Positions 15,443 through 24,852 of a DNA stretch of 39,918 nt are shown here, piece by piece. Source of the DNA: an uncultured Saprospiraceae bacterium (GTDB taxonomy: Bacteria > Bacteroidota > Bacteroidia > Chitinophagales > Saprospiraceae); the NCBI GenBank assembly GCA_937930815.1, contig CALHBQ010000103.1, positions 1 through 39,918 of the forward strand. Reading direction: 5' to 3'. Numbering within the stretch: position 1 is the stretch's first letter; each line of letters starts with the position of its first letter. The notes under the pieces are model-generated. The model saw only the letters and a program-made list of their open reading frames with translations. It did not search any database and was not told the origin of the DNA. Made by a program: the position numbers and the translations under genes.

Positions 15443-16894
15443 ATGAAATTACTGCTTTCAATTATTGCTTTCGCTATTTCAATTTCTGCTTTCGCTCAAC
15501 CGATTCAAGGAACTTTATTAGATAGCTGGAAAGATTCTACCATATTAGGTACCGCTGCCTTTGACAATGCCTACAACGATGTCTGGGGATTCAAAGTGAA
15601 CAATCATGAGTATGCTGTGATTGGTTCAACTTTCGGAATGCATATCATTGATGTGACCGACCCAAGAGATATTTTTGAGGTAGAAAGATTTCAAGGAAAG
15701 GATTTTGGGGAAAGAATCATTCATCGAGATTATCATGAGTATAAAGGATACATTTATGCAGTGAGTGATGAGGGAGAAAGTTCCATGCAAATAATAGATA
15801 TCTCTCAACTACCAGATACCGTTACGATGGCATACGATAGTGATTCCGTTTTTATTCAATCGCATAATATTTTCATCGATACGAGTCATGCTCGACTATA
15901 TAGTTTTTTGACTTCTACCCCACTCGAACGAAATACTCGTGGTGTCGCTGTTTATGACATTTCAGAACCAACTAGCCCTAAGTATGTAAAACATTTTGGG
16001 GATTTTGGGATATTGAGTCCTAACCATGTTCATGATGGGTATGTGAGAGATCATATCGCGTTTTTAAACTGTGGAAACGATGGTTTTGCTATAATGGATT
16101 TTACAGATTTAGAAAATCCGATAAGTTTAGGAGTTCTCAATTCAAACGCATATTTGCAATCAGGTTATAACCATTCAGGTTGGCCGTCGGATGATTGTAG
16201 CTATTATTACATGGCTGACGAGACTTGGGGGATGGATATAAAAGCAGTTGATCTTTCAGACAAAACAGATATGGTGGTCACTAATTTTTTCAATGCTGGA
16301 AATCCAGATTCTAATAGTATCCCTCATAACCAAATTGTAGCTTGCGATTATTTATATGTTTCCTACTATTATGATGGGTTGCAAGTATTTGATATTTCTG
16401 ATCCATCAAATCCGCAACGTGCGATGCATTATAATACTACAAGTAGAAATATTATGCGGGGTTATGAAGGCGCTTGGGGTGTTTATCCGCATCTTCCTTC
16501 AGGTAATATTTTAGTTTCTGATATGCAAGAAGGGCTTTTTGTAATTGAAGCCATCGACAGCAGATGTAATCCAAATGCAAACTTAAAATCTTGTAATGCC
16601 CTGTCTTCCAACGAGGATTTGAAAAAAGCTTCTGCAAATCTTCAAATTTTTCCCAATCCAATATATGATCAATTGAATTTTTCCGTTTCAGGAATCTCTG
16701 AGTTTCAGAATGGAACTGTTTCGATTTTGGGCGTTGATGGAAAATTGATAAAAGCCTTTCCTAATTTTGAATTTCAACAAGGAAAAAATTCAATTTCTCT
16801 TTCAGGCAACTTTCAAATTCCAAACGGTATCTATTATTTGAAAATAAATGCTGAAAATATCAATGGAATTCAGAGGTTTGTGATTCATCAATAA
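15443..16894 (+). CDS. secreted beta-propeller-like protein (LVIVD-repeat / choice-of-anchor B-like) with T9SS type A C-terminal sorting domain
   Basis: Signal peptide MKLLLSIIAFAISISAFAQ. YNDVWGF...EYAVIGS..GMHIIDVTDP and later GLQVFDISDPSNP repeats. C-terminal LQIFPNPIYDQLNF...GIYYLKINAENINGIQRFVIHQ is a type A sorting domain. Confidence 0.65.
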   Translation: MKLLLSIIAFAISISAFAQPIQGTLLDSWKDSTILGTAAFDNAYNDVWGFKVNNHEYAVIGSTFGMHIIDVTDPRDIFEVERFQGKDFGERIIHRDYHEYKGYIYAVSDEGESSMQIIDISQLPDTVTMAYDSDSVFIQSHNIFIDTSHARLYSFLTSTPLERNTRGVAVYDISEPTSPKYVKHFGDFGILSPNHVHDGYVRDHIAFLNCGNDGFAIMDFTDLENPISLGVLNSNAYLQSGYNHSGWPSDDCSYYYMADETWGMDIKAVDLSDKTDMVVTNFFNAGNPDSNSIPHNQIVACDYLYVSYYYDGLQVFDISDPSNPQRAMHYNTTSRNIMRGYEGAWGVYPHLPSGNILVSDMQEGLFVIEAIDSRCNPNANLKSCNALSSNEDLKKASANLQIFPNPIYDQLNFSVSGISEFQNGTVSILGVDGKLIKAFPNFEFQQGKNSISLSGNFQIPNGIYYLKINAENINGIQRFVIHQ

Positions 16895-17039
16895 ATTAAT
16901 CGAAGTTGCTATCAATCGTAAAGTGCACCCTGAGCGAAGTCGAAGGGTACAGAGCAAAAATCGATTTCCATGTCTCATGGCTTCGACTCGGCTCAGCCAA
17001 CAGACTTGAAGAAGATAGCAACTTGATTCATCAATAAAT
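16881..17039. mobile_element. MITE/REP-like palindromic insert (127 bp) bounded by a 16-bp direct duplication
   Basis: Direct repeats TGATTCATCAATAAAT at 16881-16896 and 17024-17039. Outer inverted 10-mers AGTTGCTATC (16904-16913) / GATAGCAACT (17014-17023). Inner inverted pair CCCTGAGCGAAGTCGAAGGG (16928-16947) / GCTTCGACTCGGCTCAGCC (16980-16998). No coding capacity. Confidence 0.6.
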
Positions 17040-17046
17040 CGATTCG

Positions 17047-19050
17047 TTGGATTTTAAAAAGATTATAAAAGGTTGGTTCAAAAATTCTTCAAAAAAGCAG
17101 CTTTTGCTTTTTGTAGTAATTTATTCATTTGCAGCGAATGCTTTTGCTCAATTCCCTAATCAATCTCAATTCCCTGGAGAAGACAATAGATTAGATACCG
17201 TTTCTACCAAACCGCTGGAGCAAAAAAGTCTGAATCGTTTGATTATGCCAGACACCATGGTCGTCAAATATTTTCACGCAAACAATCTGAGTGAAATAAA
17301 GGAATTGAGAGACACGGCACTCAGTGATGCACATTTGTACAGCCCTGCTCGTAGAAAACTTTTACCAAATGCCGTAACTGGAATTTTGGGAGGTGCAACG
17401 TTTCCAATGTTTTACGAGGAAGTTTATCGAAGAGGCGTCGATATCGGATTGCATCAATATGACCTTTATCACAAAACGGCAAATGATTTAAAACTACCAG
17501 AAACGACCAGTGGTTACTCAGTTGCAAAATATGCCGTTGGAAACACGCAAGCAGATGGATATTTACAATTTGAGTTAGGTAGAAAATATGCAGATGGTGT
17601 TTATTTTGCAGCCGAACTGAATCGTATTTTTCAAAATGGAGATAATTGGTCTCACCAAAACACAGGTCATTTTGGAACCTTGATTGGCGGTGGTATTAGT
17701 CGTAAAAAAAGTCCTTATAAAATCTTTTACACCTATAATTCGAACGTAGATAAAGTTCAAGAAAATGGTGGAATCATCTTAGTTGATAGCTTACCTCCAT
17801 CCAACAACCGCTTTCGCGAAACGCCACGAACCATTACCCCTAACACTCAACATCTTAATCGAGAATTTGTCCTTCAACAATATTTGTCATTTTCTGGAAA
17901 AGCAAAAGATTCGCTTCAAAAGCCACGTGAATATACTTTAACCCATCAATTCAAATATTCATGGGCAGATTATAAGTATTCGGATATCATCAATCCATTA
18001 GGGACAGATTCTACCTATTATCAATTCTTTCCGGTTGATACACGTGGGTTTAGATTTAGGTTAGAACACAATACAATTTCAAATAGTTTGGCAGTTCAAA
18101 CTTTCCGAAAAAAGCGATTTAAAAAGAGGAGCGACTTCTTTGAGGTAGGAGCTGAGCATCAGTATCATTTTATCAATTATGCGCCTGATACGCTTCGCAA
18201 AAATAATCTTTTCCTTTTCGGAAAATGGAATTTCCAACCATCGCAGCTTTTAGCGATTAAAACAACAGCTCATTTTGGAATATTAGACAATGCAGGTGAT
18301 TATCGAGCAGAGGCTGATTTGACTTTTAATGTTGAAGATTGGGGAATTCTGAAAGGTCAGTTTGTCAATCAATTGTATGAACCAAGTATTTTGCAGGAGC
18401 AATTCAATTTCAATGTTACTCCTTTTTGGAATAATGACTTTCAGAAAACTTTGTCCACTTCCATCAAAGGAACTTTAGAATTACCCAAACTTGGATTGAT
18501 GGTTGGAACGAAATATCACTTGCTCAATAATTACATTTTCTACAATGATTCTATTCAAGCAGAGCAAACCGCTACCCCACTCAATATCCTTCAAGTTTTC
18601 GGAAAATTGAATTTGAAGCTTTATAAATTTCACTTGGACAACTTAGCGGGTGTTCAGGTTTTTTCAGAAGATTTCATGCAACGACCTCCACTATATTTGG
18701 AAAGCAGTTTTTACTTTAAAGACTATATTTTTAAAGATAAATTGGGTGTAAAGGCAGGCGTAGAAGCAAGATTTGTTGGTGCTCACAAAGGCATGGCGTA
18801 CCATCCCTTGGTAGGTCAATTTTACAATCAAAACGAATCTGAAATATTCCCTTACCCCGCCGTAAATGCCTTTCTAATTCTAAAAAGAAAAACTTTCCAA
18901 GGATTCATCCAAATGGAAAACGCGCAAGGTTATCTTGGTGGACAAAATCTTATCGACCAATACGACCAACGGTATTATACGGAGGTGGTCGATTATCCTT
19001 TTCCTAATTTGATGCTTCGTTGGGGGATAACGTGGAAGATGTATGATTGA
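17047..19050 (+). CDS. outer-membrane beta-barrel protein (putative porin family)
   Basis: 667 aa with signal peptide ...LLLFVVIYSFAANAFAQ. Aromatic- and Gly-rich alternating strand-like pattern throughout, no TM helices. TTG start; no in-frame ATG in the signal region. The functional call is weak. Confidence 0.5.
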   Translation: MDFKKIIKGWFKNSSKKQLLLFVVIYSFAANAFAQFPNQSQFPGEDNRLDTVSTKPLEQKSLNRLIMPDTMVVKYFHANNLSEIKELRDTALSDAHLYSPARRKLLPNAVTGILGGATFPMFYEEVYRRGVDIGLHQYDLYHKTANDLKLPETTSGYSVAKYAVGNTQADGYLQFELGRKYADGVYFAAELNRIFQNGDNWSHQNTGHFGTLIGGGISRKKSPYKIFYTYNSNVDKVQENGGIILVDSLPPSNNRFRETPRTITPNTQHLNREFVLQQYLSFSGKAKDSLQKPREYTLTHQFKYSWADYKYSDIINPLGTDSTYYQFFPVDTRGFRFRLEHNTISNSLAVQTFRKKRFKKRSDFFEVGAEHQYHFINYAPDTLRKNNLFLFGKWNFQPSQLLAIKTTAHFGILDNAGDYRAEADLTFNVEDWGILKGQFVNQLYEPSILQEQFNFNVTPFWNNDFQKTLSTSIKGTLELPKLGLMVGTKYHLLNNYIFYNDSIQAEQTATPLNILQVFGKLNLKLYKFHLDNLAGVQVFSEDFMQRPPLYLESSFYFKDYIFKDKLGVKAGVEARFVGAHKGMAYHPLVGQFYNQNESEIFPYPAVNAFLILKRKTFQGFIQMENAQGYLGGQNLIDQYDQRYYTEVVDYPFPNLMLRWGITWKMYD

Positions 19051-19071
19051 TCTAATTATCTCTCCCCTCTG

Positions 19072-19142
19072 CGTTGGCTGAGCGAAGCAGAAGCCAACAA
19101 GCATAAAAATCGAGCCCGTTGGCTGAGCGAAGCAGAAGCCAA
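19072..19142. repeat. two perfect 26-nt direct repeats, each a small hairpin (REP-like)
   Basis: CGTTGGCTGAGCGAAGCAGAAGCCAA at 19072-19097 and 19117-19142. Each has a stem TTGGCT/AGCCAA around loop GAGCGAAGCAGA. Shares the CTGAGCGAAGnnGAAG core with 16930-16945. Confidence 0.8.
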
Positions 19143-19170
19143 TAATACATGGAACGAACTTCGTGATTTA

Positions 19171-19193
19171 CCCTTCGGCTTCGCTCAGGGTAC
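19171..19193. repeat. REP-like unit, inverted orientation relative to 16928-16947
   Basis: CCCTTCGGCTTCGCTCAGGGTAC. Its reverse complement GTACCCTGAGCGAAGCCGAAGGG matches CCCTGAGCGAAGTCGAAGGG at 16928-16947 with one mismatch. Confidence 0.8.
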
Positions 19194-19219
19194 GCCTTAG
19201 AGGTACATCGTTCCAAATT

Positions 19220-21070
19220 TTACATTCTTTCCGGCATTTCAATTCCCAACAAATCCATACCAGAAGCAAGAACAGTAGCAACCATTTTACTAAGTTGAAT
19301 TCTAAATGCCATTGCCTCTTCAGACTCCGCTTTAAGAATCGAATGGTCATGATAAAATTTATGGAAATCTTTTGCTAAATTATAACAAAAATTGGCAATC
19401 GAAGATGGATCCAAATCTTTCGCGGCAAGCTGAACCAAAGACGGATAAGTAAACAAAGAACCAAGCAATTCTTTTTCCTGTGCTTCAATTTTTACATAAT
19501 TATCTCCTTTTGACAAATCAATCTCCTGAGTAGCAGCTTTTCGTAAAATTGATTGAATTCTTACATAAGCATTCTGAACATAAGGTCCAGTTTGCCCTTG
19601 CAAATCCACTGACTCTTTTGGGTCAAAAATCATTCTTTTCTTTGGTCCTACTTTTATGATAAAGAACTTTAGTGCTGCCAACCCGATTCTTCTATAAATT
19701 TCATTTCTCTCTTCAGTAGACAGTTCTTCAATTTCACCTCTTTCAACGGAGTTCTTTCTTACTTCATCAATCACTTCTGCAATTAAATCATCGGCATCAA
19801 CTACAGTTCCTTCTCTTGATTTCATTTTACCAGTTGGTAAATCAACCATGCCGTAGCTCAAGTGATGAAGGTCTGTCGCATAAGGTTCACCCAACCTTTT
19901 AAGGGTCTCAAACAAAACTTTGAAATGATAATCTTGCTCGTCCGCTACGACATAAACCATTTTTTCAACTCCAAAATCTTGGTATCTCAAGTTGGCTGTT
20001 CCAATGTCTTGAGTAATATAAACCGAAGTTCCATCGCTTCTCAAAACAATTTTTTCATCCATTTTAGCATCTGTCAAATCAATCCAAACAGAACCATCTT
20101 CTTTTTTGAAAAAGACTTTATCATTTAGTCCTTTTTCAATCATCTCCTTACCCAAAAGGTAAGTATTTGATTCGTAGTACAATTTATCAAAATCAACGCC
20201 CAAACTATCGTAAGTCACCTCAAATCCATCATACACCCAACCATTCATTTTTTTCCAAAGGGCAACCGTTTCTTCATCACCTGCTTCCCATTTTAGGAGC
20301 ATTTCTTTTGCGGCTTTCCCAAGTTGGCTTTGGTTATTAAAGTAGTTTTGTTTGTACTTTTTAAAATACTCATCTTCCGTTTGTTCTCCTTTTTTGTGAG
20401 AAAGGAAGTGTTCAATGCCTTCTTCAGATTGTTGCCAAGCTGTGTATTCTGCTTTGAATTTAGATTCAAATTCTACATAGAATTTACCAACGAAGTGATC
20501 ACCTTTTTTGCCTGTACTTTCTGGAGTTCCACCTTCGCCAAACTTTTCCCAAGCCAACATACTTTTACAAATTGCTATCCCTCTGTCGTTAATGATTTGA
20601 ACATTTACGACCTCATTTCCAGCTGCTTTTAAAATTTTTGAACTTGACCACCCGAGTAAAATATTTCTGATGTGCCCAAGATGCAATGGTTTGTTTGTAT
20701 TGGGAGAAGCAAACTCTACCATTACTTTTTTGCCAGTCAGCTCACCTTTTCCAAACAATTGATTATCAACGTTTTGAGAAAGAAAACCTTTCCAAAATTC
20801 ATCATTGAAAGAAAAATTCAGAAAGCCCTTTACTACATTAAAATCTGAAATTTCAGAAACATTCGCTTGAAGGTAATTCCCAATTTCATCCGCAATTTGA
20901 GGAGGTGATTTTTTCCCAATTTTAGTATAAGGAAAAACCACTAAAGTATAGTCTCCTTCGAATTCCTTTCGTGTTGGATTAAGAATGACACTACTTGCGT
21001 CAACCTTTTCACTATAAAGGTTTTCGATAGCATTTTTCACCCCTTCTTTTACAGTTTCTAAAATATTCAT
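19220..21070 (-). CDS. argS: arginine--tRNA ligase
   Basis: 616 aa. Class I HIGH motif SPNTNKPLHLGHIRN, MKSR (KMSKS-equivalent) in LPTGKMKSREG, and the typical C-terminal ...MPERM ending. Confidence 0.95.
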   Translation of the reverse strand: MNILETVKEGVKNAIENLYSEKVDASSVILNPTRKEFEGDYTLVVFPYTKIGKKSPPQIADEIGNYLQANVSEISDFNVVKGFLNFSFNDEFWKGFLSQNVDNQLFGKGELTGKKVMVEFASPNTNKPLHLGHIRNILLGWSSSKILKAAGNEVVNVQIINDRGIAICKSMLAWEKFGEGGTPESTGKKGDHFVGKFYVEFESKFKAEYTAWQQSEEGIEHFLSHKKGEQTEDEYFKKYKQNYFNNQSQLGKAAKEMLLKWEAGDEETVALWKKMNGWVYDGFEVTYDSLGVDFDKLYYESNTYLLGKEMIEKGLNDKVFFKKEDGSVWIDLTDAKMDEKIVLRSDGTSVYITQDIGTANLRYQDFGVEKMVYVVADEQDYHFKVLFETLKRLGEPYATDLHHLSYGMVDLPTGKMKSREGTVVDADDLIAEVIDEVRKNSVERGEIEELSTEERNEIYRRIGLAALKFFIIKVGPKKRMIFDPKESVDLQGQTGPYVQNAYVRIQSILRKAATQEIDLSKGDNYVKIEAQEKELLGSLFTYPSLVQLAAKDLDPSSIANFCYNLAKDFHKFYHDHSILKAESEEAMAFRIQLSKMVATVLASGMDLLGIEMPERM

Positions 21071-21176
21071 TTGTTATTCTTTCTCATTAATAAAATCATC
21101 GTCTCGCAAAATGGCCGCAAATTTAATAAAATCGACTGCTTCACTCCTTTATTCAGAAGAGAACTTTTTTAAGAAT

Positions 21177-21210
21177 AAAAAAATGGTCACCGGAAAAGTT
21201 CCGATGACCA
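21177..21210 (-). terminator. rho-independent terminator of PA-domain paralog 1
   Basis: Stem TGGTCA.CGG (21184-21193) / CCG.TGACCA (21201-21210) with one internal mismatch. The A7 run at 21177-21183 on the plus strand is a U-tail on the minus strand. Confidence 0.7.
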
Positions 21211-21241
21211 TATATTTTATTGACTAAAAGTCTGAAATGAA

Positions 21242-22921
21242 TTATTTAGTTACAACAAATTTGTTGACACTAAATCCTTCATCTGTAATCGTATTCATCA
21301 AGTAAGTACCTGAATTAAAATTAGAAACATTGAATTGCAAAGTTTGCTTTTGAACGTTTTCAAATTTTTGTTCAGCAATTCTTTTCCCTGAAAGGTCTGT
21401 GATTACAACTCTTACGACTTTTGAATTTTCTTCTAAATCCAATTCTAATGAAACGACATCAGAAGTAGGATTAGGGAATACTTTCACTTTAGCTAAAGCT
21501 AAAGCTTGGTTTTCAGTAGAAGTAAAACCAGCCAAGTGTAATCTTACAACGTGATTGTTGTTTGATGCCCATCCACCTGTAAAGAAACTGGTAGGCTCAT
21601 AAATCAAAGTACTTGGTAATGGATAATTAGTAGCACCTGCAATTGAGAAAAACGGAGCTTTTCCAATTCCTGCAGTTTCACCTAAATATTGAACCATTAC
21701 TGCATACCCACCATCAGCTTTCATTGTAATTGGATCAAAGAAAGGCACCGTAATTAACCCATGAGGAGTTTCAGAACCATCCATAGTGTAACCACCAAAT
21801 CCAACGATTTCAAAATCCGGGTAATCAGCACCTAAAATACCATCGCCATCAGGATCCATATCATAAACAACCAATGAGAATAAATCTGCATTTGGGTTAT
21901 TAGTGAAAAGCGTATCAGGATTACCAATTGCAAAAGTTGCGTGAGTAGCAGTTGCTCCATTTGGTCCAGTATAATACGCAGAACCTACGTGGAATTCATT
22001 TCCTGCCGCTACAAACCGATCGTTTCCGATTGAAACAGAGGTAGTTGGGTTTCCTAAATCGACAGAGTAGGTATAATCTGTCATTTCAAAAGGAGAACGC
22101 AAAGTATCAGTATTCAAATCTGATGTAAACATTACCATGTGATTCCCCATTTGTGTTGGCGTGAAGCCAGTAAACGTAATCGTAGAATCCGCTAATGGTG
22201 GAACCTCAGCAGTTGCTGTTAATTCTGTGATAGTACCGTCTGGCTCAATCAAAGTAGCTGTAACTACTGGATTTACAGTTGCAGAGGAATCTTCATTAAA
22301 GTAATTAACTGTTGGGGTAATCGCTAATGCTTGATCCAATGGTGTTTGGTAGGCGAATGGAGCAACATTATTGGTCAAGTTTCTCAATTCAAAAGCGCCC
22401 ATAACAGTAACTCCAGCATCAATTTGACCAGCCAAAATTTCTGATGTTAGCCTAGAAGCAAAAATAGCAGGAATCGTTACTGGCTCCATCATATCACCCA
22501 ATAACATTCCAAATAATGTCTGAGAATCATCATCTGGATTATCATAGTGATTAACGATAATAACACCAGCTGCACCAGCCAATTCAGCATTCCAAACTTT
22601 GGTACTAAAGTTACAAGCACCTCTTCTAATCATTGCTAATTTCCCTGTAAGGTCACCTACAACAGGAGCGCAACATAAGCTATCTGTAGCATCATAAGCC
22701 CAAACGATTTCTCCGCGTACATCCATTGCTAATGTTGGGCCCCAGATTCCTGGTGTACCTGATGCATCAGCAGACATGGTGGTGTAATCATAAACGCCCG
22801 CAATAGCAGAAGGAGCTTCAACAACAAAATCAATCGGATATGGAGACTCATCGTTGATTTGAGCAAGAAGCATAGTTGAGGTACAAATAATCGCACCTAT
22901 TAGTGTAAATATTTTTTTCAT
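21242..22921 (-). CDS. secreted PA-domain protein with T9SS type A C-terminal sorting domain (paralog 1)
   Basis: 559 aa with a signal peptide. PA (protease-associated) domain DLTGKLAMIRRGACNFSTKVWNAELAGAAGVIIVNH. No HExxH or Ser-protease motifs seen. C-terminal VKVFPNPTSDVVSLEL...GTYLMNTITDEGFSVNKFVVTK. Confidence 0.8.
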   Translation of the reverse strand: MKKIFTLIGAIICTSTMLLAQINDESPYPIDFVVEAPSAIAGVYDYTTMSADASGTPGIWGPTLAMDVRGEIVWAYDATDSLCCAPVVGDLTGKLAMIRRGACNFSTKVWNAELAGAAGVIIVNHYDNPDDDSQTLFGMLLGDMMEPVTIPAIFASRLTSEILAGQIDAGVTVMGAFELRNLTNNVAPFAYQTPLDQALAITPTVNYFNEDSSATVNPVVTATLIEPDGTITELTATAEVPPLADSTITFTGFTPTQMGNHMVMFTSDLNTDTLRSPFEMTDYTYSVDLGNPTTSVSIGNDRFVAAGNEFHVGSAYYTGPNGATATHATFAIGNPDTLFTNNPNADLFSLVVYDMDPDGDGILGADYPDFEIVGFGGYTMDGSETPHGLITVPFFDPITMKADGGYAVMVQYLGETAGIGKAPFFSIAGATNYPLPSTLIYEPTSFFTGGWASNNNHVVRLHLAGFTSTENQALALAKVKVFPNPTSDVVSLELDLEENSKVVRVVITDLSGKRIAEQKFENVQKQTLQFNVSNFNSGTYLMNTITDEGFSVNKFVVTK

Positions 22922-23033
22922 AAACTGGTAAAATTTGATTTAACAATAATAAGGATCGAAGATAAAGATAAGAATCACTTTCTTTTTATAAATCATTATT
23001 TTTTGAAGTATTCTTGACAAAATTTCGGCTTAA
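22922..23033 (-). promoter_or_regulatory. conserved 5' region of paralog 1 (duplicated with the gene)
   Basis: About 110 nt align with 24853-24963. Shared blocks include AAACTGGTAAA, GAAGATAAAGATAA and ATTTTTTGAAGT.TTCTTGACAAAATTTCG. The exact promoter elements are not resolved. Confidence 0.5.
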
Positions 23034-23129
23034 GTTTTGGGTTGATGCGTCCTTCGCATCATTTCCCCTACAATAAACTGGATAAATTAGACTTTATTCT
23101 AAAAATGAATACCCCAAGGACTTTGTAAT

Positions 23130-23165
23130 AAAAAAACTGGCCATCAGAAAAATTCCAATGGCCAG
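23130..23165 (-). terminator. rho-independent terminator of PA-domain paralog 2
   Basis: Perfect 8-bp stem CTGGCCAT (23137-23144) / ATGGCCAG (23158-23165). The A7 run at 23130-23136 on the plus strand is a U-tail on the minus strand. Confidence 0.75.
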
Positions 23166-23190
23166 TTTCTATTTTCAAAATTTGAATGAA

Positions 23191-24852
23191 TTATTTATTC
23201 ACAACAAATTTATTGACTCTAAATCCTTCATCTGTAATGATGTTCATTAAGTAAGCACCATTACTGAAAGTAGAAACATTGAAATTAAAAGTTTGAGATT
23301 TTACATTTTCAAACCTTTGACTCAACATTTGCTTACCGGACAAATCAGTAATAACTATTCTTACATTTTCAGAATTTTCATTCAAATCCAATTCAACATT
23401 AAGATTATCTGAAACTGGATTAGGGAAAATATTTACTTTTGATGATTCTAAAAGTTCTAAATCATTTTTCGTAGAAGTAAATCCGTCAAGGTGTAATCTA
23501 ACTACGTGATTATTATTTGACGCCCATCCACCAGTGAAGAAACTTGGTGGCTCATAAACAAGCGTACTTGGTAACGGATAGTTTGTCGCTCCTGCAATTG
23601 AGAAAGTTGGTGCTTTACCAATTCCTGCAGTTTCACCTAAATATTGAACCATAATTGCATATCCACCATCTGCTTTCATTACAATTGGGTCAAAAAATTC
23701 AACGGTAAGAAGCTGATGTGGTTGTTCGTTACCAGTCATGGTATAACCACCAAAGCCAACAATTTCAAAATCAGGATAATCTGCACCCAATACCCCATCT
23801 CCATCTGGATCCATATCGTAAACCACTAATGAAAACAAATCAGCATTTGGATTATTGGTAAATAAGGTATCAGGATTACCAATTGCAAAACTGGCCCAAG
23901 TAGCTACTCCACCATTAGGTCCCGTGTAAAATGCAGACCCAACATGAAACTCATTCCCAGCGGTTACAAAACGATCATTTCCAATAGAAACAGCAGCAGA
24001 AGGATCTCCTGTATCGACGGCAAAGGTGTTTTCAGTCATTACAAAGGGAGAACGAAGTGTATCAGCATTAACATCTGTGGTAAACATTACCATATGCGCT
24101 CCCATTTGAGTAGGAACAAACTGAGTAAAAGTCAAAGTTGAATCCCCTAATGGACCAACGGAAACAGCACGGTCTTCTACAGTCACCGTACCATCAGGCT
24201 CAGTAATAGTAGCCGTAATATTTACATCGACCATTGCAATGGAATCATCATTGAAATAACCTACACTTGGAGTCAAAGGTAAAACTTGACTCATTGGAGT
24301 TTGATAAGCAAATGGAGCTGAATTATTAGTAAGGTTTCTGAGATCAAAAGCTGCCGTTACAGTATTACCAGCATCTAACTCTGATAAAATAATAACGCCT
24401 GTTGATCTGGAAACAAATACAGCAGGAATCGTTACAGGTTCCATATTTGCACCTAATGCCATGTTGATAACAGTTTCGTCATTATTGTCAGGATCATCAA
24501 AGTGATTGACAATAATTACTCCTACCGCTCCAGCCTGCTCAGCATTCCAAATTTTTGTACTAAAATTACAAACACCACGACGTATTAAAGCCATTTTGCC
24601 TGTTAAATCATTTACTACAGCTGTACATGCAAGACTATCTGTTGCATCATAAGCCCAAATGACTTCTGCCCGCAAGTCACTATTCAACATTGGGCCCCAA
24701 TCATCGGCCTGGGTACCGTAATCATAATTCCCTGCAATTGATGTTGGATTTTCAATTAAAAAATCAATTGGAAAAGGAGAGCCTGCATTAATTTGCCCCC
24801 ATCCTATTGATAGAAAAGAAATAGAAAAAAGAAAAGTAAATAATTTTTTCAT
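23191..24852 (-). CDS. secreted PA-domain protein with T9SS type A C-terminal sorting domain (paralog 2)
   Basis: 553 aa, collinear with 21242-22921 over its full length. PA domain DLTGKMALIRRGVCNFSTKIWNAEQAGAVGVIIVNH. C-terminal VNIFPNPVSDNLNVEL...GAYLMNIITDEGFRVNKFVVNK. Confidence 0.8.
   Translation of the reverse strand: MKKLFTFLFSISFLSIGWGQINAGSPFPIDFLIENPTSIAGNYDYGTQADDWGPMLNSDLRAEVIWAYDATDSLACTAVVNDLTGKMALIRRGVCNFSTKIWNAEQAGAVGVIIVNHFDDPDNNDETVINMALGANMEPVTIPAVFVSRSTGVIILSELDAGNTVTAAFDLRNLTNNSAPFAYQTPMSQVLPLTPSVGYFNDDSIAMVDVNITATITEPDGTVTVEDRAVSVGPLGDSTLTFTQFVPTQMGAHMVMFTTDVNADTLRSPFVMTENTFAVDTGDPSAAVSIGNDRFVTAGNEFHVGSAFYTGPNGGVATWASFAIGNPDTLFTNNPNADLFSLVVYDMDPDGDGVLGADYPDFEIVGFGGYTMTGNEQPHQLLTVEFFDPIVMKADGGYAIMVQYLGETAGIGKAPTFSIAGATNYPLPSTLVYEPPSFFTGGWASNNNHVVRLHLDGFTSTKNDLELLESSKVNIFPNPVSDNLNVELDLNENSENVRIVITDLSGKQMLSQRFENVKSQTFNFNVSTFSNGAYLMNIITDEGFRVNKFVVNK

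Noticed and set aside
19163-19378. ORFs 19163-19378 (+) and 19168-19350 (-) from the track.
   Set aside because: They run through the REP-like units and the 3' end of argS. argS is unambiguous, so these are overlap artefacts.
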